Shown in pieces: positions 53,790-64,000 of a stretch of DNA of 64,000 nucleotides. How positions within the stretch are numbered: the first letter of the stretch is position 1; each line of letters begins with the position of its first letter. This stretch comes from Azolla caroliniana (lineage: Eukaryota > Plantae > Polypodiophyta), in NCBI GenBank assembly GCA_043228905.1, contig JBHGNT010000003.1, forward strand, positions 3,162,001-3,226,000, read 5' to 3'. The position numbers were made by a program, and so were the translations under genes. The notes under the pieces were generated by a model. The model was not told the origin of the DNA. It did not search any database and was given only the letters and a program-made list of their open reading frames with translations.

Positions 53790-54230
53790 CGTCGTCAGTT
53801 TCGGGGAATTTGAAATCACAGATGTCGGAAAGTGTAACATGATGATGAGAGGTGACCATATTTATGACATCGTATAAACTGTTTATGTTATAAAATTCTC
53901 CATAAACTCCCCCAAATATAATGCCTTAACATTATTAGCGAAGTCAGGCTCTACAGTTGCATTGAACGGACCGATGGTTACTTCTTTAGGTTTATATGCC
54001 TCTGGCTTCACTTCCGTAAATTCTTGGGGAATCTTTGAAATCCTCTAATTTTTAATTACGTCACTTCTTTTGGCTTTGTAATACTCTATGGTGAACATAA
54101 CCATGGTGACTATCCATTCATTTTTGGTTTTGTGAGATCGACCATCAGATTCATCCAATGGATTTGTGATGTTTAATTTGGAAGCTTCTTCTGCTGCTTT
54201 GGTTATATCGGTGGTTTGATGATCACCATT
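53790..54230 (-). pseudogene. DUF247 N-terminal fragment, copy 8 (B-like), not in the ORF track
   Basis: Manual translation gives KLNITNPLDESD and ISKIPQEFTEVKPEAYKPKEVTIGPFNATVEPDFANNVKALYLGEFMENF, matching copy 2 (RLNITIPMGEPD, EVKPEAYYPKSVTIGP). Confidence 0.8.
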
Positions 54231-54561
54231 ATCATTTACAGTTTTTATATTTTATGACATCTGCATCATTTTTATCATTTTCATCATTTTCATCTTATTC
54301 TCCTTCTGGGTTTTGTCAAACTATTATTGGGTCACATATTCCTTTCTGTTTCCTCACGAAAGCATTGCCTTGGATTCCTTTTGCAGTTGGAATGTATTCC
54401 ATTCCAACGCTGTTCCGTCTGTGAGAGAGAGAGAGAGAGCGAGAGAGATCGCCTGCAAGATCAGCATTATGTGTGAAGACAAGAATCTTGCCATTTCTCC
54501 ATTCTAATGAGCAAATATGTGTGGAGACAAGAATCATGCCATTTCCCATAGCACTGCATCC

Positions 54562-54603
<42 letters not shown>

Positions 54604-57280
54604 CTGTAAGATCAGCAATATGTGTGAGGACAAGAATCATGCCATTTTCCCATAAGAAGCAGTTTCATTCCTACCAACGATTCTTTACTGCTTCTTGATT
54701 TTCAGTGTGCCCAAGTTGTGGGTGAGTCCCTTCCTGTGGAGCGATTAATAATTGATGAAACACTGATGATAGATCTATTATTGGGTTTACAAAATACATA
54801 ACTGTAATCACAGTTATATACAAGTCAGGTTAGAAGATCTTAACAGAACCGGATCTATAATTTGGAAAGAAACGAGTATGAAATTACTCACATGTCTGAT
54901 TCATACGCCTATCTTTGCAGAGCATGGTTATTGAGCATATAGATGTTATGCGTAAACAATGACTAGTAGTGTAATCTCAGACCGAACACTTTTCTAGCTC
55001 TCTTCATGCCTGGGTAGAACCTTGAGTTATGTTGACTGAACACTAGTTGAGAAACTATATAACATGGCAATGCTACTTCTTGATTTACTTTCATGTTTTT
55101 ATAATCTTCATGGTGGGTGAGGGCATTATATTTAATGTTCAATCATTTTTGTCGTTGTTAGATAACTCATTAGCAAAATTGCAAATCCCATTTCCAGCGG
55201 GCCTTCTCGCAAAACTCCAAACCAAGTACAACAAAAAATATTGTGCTGCTATATATCTTATGAAAGTTTAAGTGTGAATGAATCATTATAAATTAAGGTC
55301 TATTGTATGATATTCTAGATTGTTCCAATTCACATATGTGTCTCAAAAAAACAGAAAATCAAAGGTTCTGAAGTATGCCAATACATATATTTATATAAAT
55401 ATAGAAAAAAGAAAAGAGACGTAAGATGGGAGAGCATTGAAGTGACTTTCGGTCAACTTTATTTTGAACTAATATGCAGAGAATTTACGATAATAGAAAA
55501 ACAGTCATCAGAGAAACGAGATAAGATAGATAGTGAGAGTGAGAGAGAGACTCTAATTCCTTGTTGCTTCAAAGAGACTCTAGGTGATTGAAGGCTATAT
55601 GTGTAATTAACCTAAACTGACAGAAAATATGAACAAATTAAAAATTATCTGGAAGTCTCCTTCATACAAAAACTTTTATCTCCATTCCTTCATCTTCCCT
55701 CTCTAAATCTAATTGAAAACCAAATTCTAGTACTTGTGGAAAACACAATATATATTAGAGGATATCACGTAGGCCGTTAGCAATTGAAATTCCGCTAACA
55801 TTAAGACATCATGTATTGTTAATAAGCATTTTGTGTTTCTCTAAGGTGTTTGATAATCCTAATTTGAATGGTAGATATTACATTTTGACCTTCCACACCA
55901 TAGTTCTAGTTGACGACCTCTTCCACAAGGCCTATTTCCTCATTGAAAACATGTGTGTATCATGTCATCTTTTGTACCTTTCTCTCTAGGCTTCTATCTA
56001 CCTCATCCCTTCAGAGCTACCCCTTTCCAAAATTCTATAAAGACTTCTGTTGGCCGAAATTCGTAGTATTGTTGGGTCGGACATTCCTTTCCGTTTGCTC
56101 ACGAAACCTTTTTCCGTTGTATTCTTCTCGTAGTCTGGAAGCCACTCCATCCCAATGTCTTATGCTCTTTGATAATACATCCCAATGTCTTGTATTTCAC
56201 TCCATCCCAATGTCTTGTCTTTTCTTCTCTTGTTTTGTTTATGTATCAGTTTCCCTGGTATTGTTTATTTATCTCATCTATCTCTCAATTTGATTTTCTC
56301 TTCTGGAGACCTTTTATCACTTCTTCTCTTTCTCTTCTCTATCAGCATTTTGTCTGCATCAGAATTTTGTTATCTGCATTTAATTTACCCCAATCATCGA
56401 TCATTGCACGTAGGACATACTCAGATCACTAGTTTTGGAACATTGACATGTTGACAATCACAGTATCAACCACATAATCAGCCTTCATGATCTCTTTCTC
56501 CATGTAGTCATGGATTTAGATATATCGTTACGAGTTCTTATTCCCAGATTAACATGCTAAGAAGGTAATCTAAAATCTTTCCATTCGTAGGATAGTCTTA
56601 TAAATTCCTTGTGGGCTAGCTTTTGAACCAAAATTGAGAATGTCGAGTGTTTCTTGTCTCTATGACCCATCATCCAACAAACATCTAAATTCACAATGTG
56701 TGTGACAATTAATCACTATAATTATGACATTGATCGTTACAAAGTAATACATTAATCTCATTTTTACAGCTTTACTTTATTTTCACTCATAGAAATATGT
56801 CTGAGCATAAAAACGATTGATTAATTAACAGTAAAATATGCATGCATTAAAATATGGCCGGATCTAAATTGATATTTGGGGGGAATTCTAAGCTACCCCT
56901 CACCAATATTCATCTTGAGTGAAGTTGGGTTTATTATATGGATGTCCTATCTGCTTGAATTGTAAGGTTGTTAGTTATGAGATATGCTCAACCCCATCTA
57001 TGGTCTGAACTATAAGGTTGATTTTCTTGTTTGATATACTCACCCATCTCTTAAACTTATTCTTCTTCTTTTTCGATGGACACTAACTTTACACTTTTTG
57101 GCTTGGTTGCAGGAAGGCTGAGACCAACAAATGAACAAGATGTTTAAAGTGTAACCAGAAGTAGGCGAAGACCATTATTCTCCAAGATTAAGAATTTAAG
57201 AACGCCAAGAGTTGCTTTGGCATGGGTTATGGAGGTTTGCTCATTAGATAATTGTAGATAGCAGCAATTTATGATGCAAC

Positions 57281-58026
57281 TGTTGGGTCTATCCACTCAA
57301 GTGTTCTTTTTCTTCTTTTGTGTGTGTGTCTGTGTCTGTGTGTGTTTGGTATGTCTATGTGTGAATTCAGATACGAAAAGAGGAGACATTACCCCAAAAA
57401 GGCTGATAAAAAGAAGGCATAGACAGAAAATAGAGAGAAAGACAGAGAAAACATAGCGCGTTACAGAGAAAAACTGCACATGAGTGAACAGAACTAAGGC
57501 TGAAAAACAGAGATTCGAGAAGAAGAGGTGTATGTGTGAAAACACAAGAAAGCTTTTGCAAGAAAACAAAAACAAGTGTGTGAGCTCAAGAACAGGGAGA
57601 TCGAGAGCGAGAACTCGTTGCAAGTGTGAAGACGGAGATCTATCGAGGTGCTGTCTGGACTACCCAAAAGCGTCACAACAACTCTTTTGTCCACTTGTAA
57701 TAGGTTTATTTATTTGTTCTGTGTTTTTGGTTTTTCTTTCTTTTGTTTGTTGTTTATCCTATCTGCTAGGGTGAATATTGTATCCAAGGATGTAGCCTTG
57801 AAATATATGTGCATATCTCTAGAGTAAGCTCTAGAAGCTGTCAACACCTTCTGTACTCAGAAAATAGTGAATTTGTTTTGGAACCTAACGTTCCCGTGGT
57901 TTTTCCCAATGTTGGGGTTTTCATGTTAAATTTTGGTTTACTCTCTCTTTTGTCTTGTGGTTTCGTCTATTTGGAATCTTGAGTTCGTAGTACAAATCAT
58001 CCCGATTCAGATCCTTATTCCCATTA
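57281..58026 (+). mobile_element. Solo LTR (746 bp)
   Basis: TGTTGGG...ATTCCCATTA (TCA end mutated); flanks GCAAC and GCAAG, with a single GCAAG at the uninterrupted paralogue (~8235-8239, inverted); contains GTGGTTTTTCCC/GGGGTTTTC. Confidence 0.85.
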
Positions 58027-58399
58027 GCAAGTTAAGGGAGTAATTAGTGCAATTTAAGCAAGAGAAGGAATGGAATCCCTGTTTCAAATCTTAAGCGTCT
58101 TGTACTGGTAATGGTTAAATCTATTTTTGATACACGTAACAAAGTACTCAATAATACATGCATCACTAGACAATTTATCTTAATAAGCGTCTTGTGTTGG
58201 TAATGGTTTAGGTTATTTCTGATTGTTGTAACAAAGTACTCAATATTATATAAAACACTAGATGATTTATCTTAAGCGCAAGCAATATTGAATCGGAGCA
58301 TTCGATAAAAACTAAGCTTAGGATTACAATGATTTCTTATGAGTTAGTTTGCTTTAACAACTTGATCTTCCACAATTACAAGCTCGAGTCATTTATAAA

Positions 58400-60146
58400 C
58401 TTCTTCTCTTCGGAGTCAAGCCAATCCTCGCTCAAGAAAACTAAGAATTAATGAATCAAGATGGTATCAACGGTCACTAGATGTCTTAGGGAATCAAAGT
58501 TTTAAGCCCATGTTAGGCCGAAATAGATGTCACTAAGTTCCTGGGGCTCGGGGATGAGATTTGTCATGATCTCTCCCACATGTGGTATCTTATGTCTTTC
58601 CATGAATTTCTGCACACATACGGCCTTGCATCTATCCATAGGGGAAGGCTTGAAGTTATGATACAATGGACCGATGCTCAAGATCTGCAGGTAATATTAA
58701 TGGGAATATGTGATCTAATTTGGATTTGCTAACTCTATTGTACTTCAAACAGAATTAACACTTGATGAAACCGCAAGACGAAAAATGAGAGTACACCCAA
58801 CAAAATTTTACGTGGAAAACCCAAAATAGGGAAAAGCCATGGGAATCGTAGGTTCCAAACAACTTCATTATATTTTTTAGTACAATGGAATATGACCTCA
58901 CTAGAGGTATGTATCTACCTCAAGGCAATGGCCTTGGTTACAACCTTCACCCAATCGGGTGGATAGAATAACACAGATTATAAACTAAGTACGACCTCTC
59001 TAGGTTTTGACTAGAGGAACGTACAAGCCTCAAGGCAATAGCCTTGGCTACACAATAGTGGGTACAAATGAGTACGGACTCTCTAGGTTTTGACTAGAGA
59101 AATGTCCTAGCCTCAAGGCAACAGCCTTGGCTACAATCTTCACCTGATTGGGTGGATACAACAACAATAAGCACAAGGAATGTGCTAGTCTCTCTAGGTT
59201 TTTGTTTAGAGGAAATATATTAGCTTCAAGGCAACAGCCTTGGCTACGATCCTCACCCGATTGGGTGGATAAACCAAGCAAATAACCTTACAATTCTTCA
59301 CCCAACTGAGTGGATAGAAAAACTAGCAAAATAGGAAACAAGAAAACAACATGAAACAAAGTAACCTAATGCAAGTAAACAGGAGAGGTGTTGCACAGTC
59401 GTGGTTCTCTGTCAGAATGACAAACTCCTCACAGGCCTCTGTCTCCTCCACTTCCGTAGAACGCTCTTCCTCTTGTTCTCACTCTTTCGTTCTCTATTTT
59501 TTGTTTTTTCTCTTTGTTTCTGTTTTGCTATGTGTTCTCTCAGAAAATCAAATCACGCTCTTTTTCCCCCTTCTCCTTTTTATGTTTTTCTCCGTGTTGT
59601 CCAACGTCTATGTACATGTGTTCACACAAACACACACACAAAAGACACACACCAAAAGACATACAAAAGGAAAAGGGGTACACATATATATGTAAATATA
59701 AATATAATCATACATAATTATAACTTTTCCCCTTTTTGGCCCTAAGCCAATTCGGTACCCAGCCGACTCCCAATCGGCTGTATGCTCAGTCGACTACTGA
59801 CACGCAGCCGATTCTCAATCAGCCCTTTAGCTCTGTGTTGTGGGCTCCACTTAAGTGGATTTGCCCAACAAATATGAGTATAGCTTCGCGTGGAACAGTG
59901 CAAGCGGGATCAATCTGATCACTTTAGGTTTTTGGGACGTAGATGTGTGTGCAACCATACTATCATTAAGCTTAAGAGCAGCAAATTAGATTTCTTTCTC
60001 CATGTAGTTTTTCCATTCTTCTGGTTTTTCATTGATGGATTAGGTTGCTCGACAAACAATTTATAGATAGTGGGGATGGGATTATGTGGATGTAGATGTT
60101 CGACCATTTGTTTCCCATTGGAAGCATTATTCATCATCATCATCAT
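58400..60146 (-). pseudogene. DUF247 pseudogene, copy 9 (subfamily A), split by a solo LTR and 3'-deleted
   Basis: Inverted paralogue of copy 1. Removing the LTR restores KLYSYYLQILSIGPLYHNFKPSPMDRCKA. The junction at ~58400 removes the equivalent of ~6881-7866. Confidence 0.88.
58698..59870 (-). mobile_element. Solo LTR (1173 bp) with perfect 5-bp TSD
   Basis: AATAT at 58693-58697 and 59871-59875; plus-strand ends TAATGGGAAT (TGATGGGAAT in the 11586 copy) and GCCCAACA. Confidence 0.92.
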
Positions 60147-62529
60147 CTCCTTCTTTTGTTGTTGTTTGATACTTAAAAAATGGTATAATAGTATGTGAAT
60201 GGACTTTCCTTTAGGGAGAAGATAGTTCTTAGAGTATATTTATCATTCATGATCAATTCGTTGGTCTTTATAGGTGCTGTGAAGTGTAGGAAACTCCATG
60301 TCTGTGTATGAATGTAAAAGAGAGAAATGCTTTGAAGTATACCATGATTGTTTTATCTTAACACACACACTTAGCTCACATTTTCGAGCACAATAATAAA
60401 ATCTTCCTATCTAGCTACCAAATCAAAGAAGCCGCTCAAAATATACATAAACATATGTGTGTCTCATAGAAACTGAGAATGTTTGTTGGTGAGAGGTTTT
60501 GATCTATGGCAATATACATATATATATGAAAGGATGAAAAAAGAAAAGAAAGAGGGGTAAGAAAGGAAAGAAATGAAGAGTTTTACGGTTACCTTTCTTT
60601 AGCACTAAAATGGAGAGCTTTTACAGTCATAGAAGAAGAGTCATAAGAGAAACATAATAAGATAAGTAGGAGGGAGAGAGACAATGACTCTCTTTTTTTG
60701 TTGCTTCAAAGATACTCTAAGTGATGGAAGGTTATATTTGTAATTACCATAAAGTGAGAGAAACTATGAACAAATTTTAAATTATCCAAAACTCTCCTCC
60801 ATACATAAACTTCATTACATTACATTACATTACATTACATTACATTACCAAATTGACATTCATTATGGAGCGATAACTTTTGGGTGCTAAGCATGCTTTT
60901 CCCTCAAGTAATAATAGTGTGTTAAGTGTCGGTTGGAACTGCGCTTGAATCGGATTTGCGAAAAATGAATTGGTAATGTAGTAATTTTTTTAGAAATTTC
61001 AATATTTTCTTCATTCAATTGTACTTTCCATTTTGGAAATGTCGGAGTGCTCTTAGTATTAATCAAAATATGATTCAATAATTATGTTTGAAAATTATGT
61101 ATTGCTGACACCTTGTTAATAATTTGAGTCTAGATCCTCTCCTAACTAATGGGAACGTAGCTCCTTTTTTGGAAAAGAGAAAAAGTTTAGTCTAGATTGT
61201 GGAGCAGGCTTCTCCATTGGTATTGTCATCAACTTTGTAATTTGTAGGGCCTCAAAATCAAGGTATTATCATACAAAACTATCACTTTTCCTTTATTTCG
61301 TAAATAGTATTGAATTGTTGTTTTGCCTCCGCCCCTCTTTAGAGCACTTGATCTAAGCATATATGCTACAATTGTTTCCTCAATCTTATCAACGGACAAT
61401 AGAATGTATTGAGACATTTGCACGTTGCCGATTAAAACGATGTATATGTGTGTGCATTCTTAAATATTAAAAGGATGACCGCTTTGGAAGCTGATTTTTA
61501 TCAAACAATGAAGCCATGTTAATTCAATACAATATGATCTAACATATGTTGGTAGATTCTTGTGTTTCTTTTTTTAAACTAGAGCAGAGGTTTGATCACA
61601 TAAACATGCCTAAGCCTTCATGTGGCTAACAAAATATCTTTGTCATTTCTCTTGTAAACTATTACATGCAAATGGTCATGCAATATGTGCTTTTCACATT
61701 TGAGACATTACTATGTTGGGATAACCATTATGTTTTTGTGAGCTAATTGATCTCACTTCTCATTGTATGTTAGATATTGGAGTTGTTACCTTTAAAGTTG
61801 AATAAAGTCACAAAGCAAGGTTCATGACATGATTCTCAACCTCATTTGCATAGAGTGTAGGTGTTTGATAAGCAGGGTGTTGTAATATACCTCAAATCCT
61901 AATCCATTTGTGAATGTGTGTGTTTTTTGTAGCAATTTGGCAATTAGAAGGGCACATTGTCTAAATCTATTGAAGATGGACCAAATTGGAATGTATTCAC
62001 AATGGCTACATCTCATTCTTTCATCTATACATAATCAATAGGCTATAAATTCGCAGGCTATTACAAATTTAAGCCCTAAATTCACCACTGAACCTTAATC
62101 AAACCTTGGGGTAAAAATAAAGAAGCTTTGTTATTTCTGTTGTTTCTTATTCATTTGGGTGTTCATTATACGTTATTTTTGTTATTTCTCCATTTGGATT
62201 GACAAGGAATTCGAGTTCTATGGGCTCATAAAGACATGGTCAAATATGCTATTTCCAATCAGACATTGTACTTAAGATAAATAATTTGATTATTATTGTA
62301 TTATGGACTATCTGATTACAACATTGGTCAAATAAGCAATCATCTTGTCTTCTCCCTAATAAAATGAAGTACGTTTTGTATGAGTCTCATTAGACAATCA
62401 AGTACGCTTTAACCGCATCACAACCATAACGTTACGATAGACTCCCCAACAGTAGCCATACAATGCATATCCAAAAATTTATGCAAGAGCTCAACTTAAA
62501 AGGATGGGTGTTGGCAAGTAATATGCAAG

Positions 62530-63240
62530 TAATCATGACACTTTCGCTCATGTTGTTCCACATGTTGACCAACTTCTGATCGCTCCCGAGGTGGTTCACT
62601 ATCACCCCCGCCTTAGTCAAGATTGCTAGATCCTGTGCTATATCAATGGTCGAGTCCATTATGACAGCATACTTAGCAAACTCACCTCCAAAGACCTCCT
62701 TCTTTGGAGGTCTGCTCATAGGCAAGGAGGTACTGCAGCACATTCTCCGTGCCTTCGTACACCACAATCCGCGGAAGATAGAGCTGAAGTTTCTTTCCAT
62801 GATACTTGAACATTGATGTGCCAGTTGTATGAGCCGAACGTGCAGTGCTCGAAAAGAATAAGAATTCATGAATGAAGACGGTATCGATAGTGACCAGAAG
62901 TTGGAAATCTTTAATGTAATCTTGGGAGAGGTTTATAATAATGCTTGTTAAGATGGTGGGGGTTAGGAATGAGGTATTCTATGAGCTCTCCCACATCTGA
63001 TTTATCATGTCTTTGGATGAATTTCTTCACACATAGTGCCTTACAGTCATGAAGACAGGATCTGGTCACAAGATATGTATACAATGGTGCAATGGTCAGG
63101 TTTTCATCCCAATATGGTTTCTTCTTGGCTTCCAAGAGATTTTTGGGAGAAATCGAAATCTTCACATTTTCATCGACGCTTCTTCTTCTACTACTATTAC
63201 TTCTTCTGAACCGATACTTTCTTCTTCATCTTCTTCTAAA
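62530..63240 (-). pseudogene. DUF247 pseudogene, copy 10 (subfamily E), internally deleted
   Basis: PYWDENLTIAPLY, TIDTVFIHEF, then KLQLYLPRIVVYEGTENVL and EFAKYAVIMDSTIDIAQDLAILTKAGVIVNHLGSDQKLVNMWNNM. Confidence 0.88.
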
Positions 63241-64000
63241 CTTAAAGATATTATTTTGTATACTCAAGTTGTTAGTTGTTCACAAGTCTTCGATTCAACT
63301 TCCATCTCCCCAAATAATGGGGGTTTTGTGGCATATAGATTTTATGTTCATACAATTACTAATATTGTAATCTGAAATAATGCTTATGTGCACATGTCAT
63401 AGATTTTTCTACTTGTGTTCATTCCTAGGTTAGTGATATAGATTCCTTGTGATGCAATGTTCCATTTTCTATAATTTTTATAAAGGGTGAGCTCTCTTAT
63501 ACTTGTTGTTTGTGGTTATTTATATATGAATAAAGATCTCCAACTATTTGTGGGGAGCATTAAGTGATAGGTGAGCTTTATTACTTTGAAGGTGAGTTTC
63601 TTTCCCTGAAGGCAACCTTGTGAACCCAAGTTGGGAATATCCCACTATGTACCCCATCCATGAAAAAAGTATAGAATCATTTATGAAATTACGAAACAAT
63701 GTGAATCACACTATAACTATGACATTGATAAGTACAAAAAGTTAAAGTGTGATTCACATTGTTTCGGGTCATCTTGTACCGTTGAATGGAGCACCCACAC
63801 CACACAGATTGGGTATACAGGCATTTCAGCCCATTGTGAAGTTTAAGAGATATCGTGTTTATTGAAAGCCTGTAAACAATGTTGGTGAAAACTCTAAAGG
63901 TCATGAAACATAATTATGTCACATTAGAAGAGAAAAAGCAAGTCTAATTAAGACGTAGCGAAATTCGATTTTGGTAGCTCAATAATCCCCCATGAAAAGC

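Larger units (their letters stand above)
32493..64000. repeat. Dispersed local non-coding module family (GAAGTTTAAGAGATATCGTGTTTATTGAAAG...), 8 copies
   Basis: Copies at about 32493, 33790, 38170, 39046, 43710, 50291, 52756 and 63840, all in the same orientation. Confidence 0.9.

Noticed and set aside
57271-59918. Hydrophobic short ORFs
   Set aside because: They lie within solo LTRs and derive from TG/CT/T-rich simple sequence.
6332-63240. Calling the region a functional self-incompatibility locus
   Set aside because: Every copy is disrupted and no intact partner gene is present; the analogy with grass S/Z loci is only a hypothesis.
1-64000. tRNA or rRNA genes
   Set aside because: None recognised; the only tRNA-complementary sequences are retroelement PBS motifs.

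Overview
AT-rich, repeat-dense eukaryotic DNA, almost certainly from a land plant (DUF247/UPF0481 genes plus Ty1/copia and Ty3/gypsy LTR retroelements); the lineage cannot be fixed from sequence alone. No intact host gene is visible. Layout: (1) 1-3759 is the 3' end of a GC-richer Ty3/gypsy element: integrase C-terminus, a large sense-strand extra ORF with a long coiled coil whose frame stays open for 90 codons past a single TAG, and a probable 3' LTR. (2) 8289-17910 is a pile of decayed copia pieces. (3) At least ten broken DUF247 paralogues from about five subfamilies lie between 6.3 and 63.2 kb, in a mosaic of short non-coding modules that have been repeatedly duplicated, inverted and deleted. 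Also present are two solo LTRs with target-site duplications, a hAT-like MITE with empty paralogous sites, tandem arrays, and snap-back hairpins at junctions. The most unusual items are a decayed, unidentified multi-pass membrane-protein gene (27755-28538) sitting between the same 5' and 3' flanks that elsewhere enclose a DUF247 gene, and the gypsy extra ORF. All family assignments come from motif recognition by eye, with no database searches; boundaries marked ~ are approximate.
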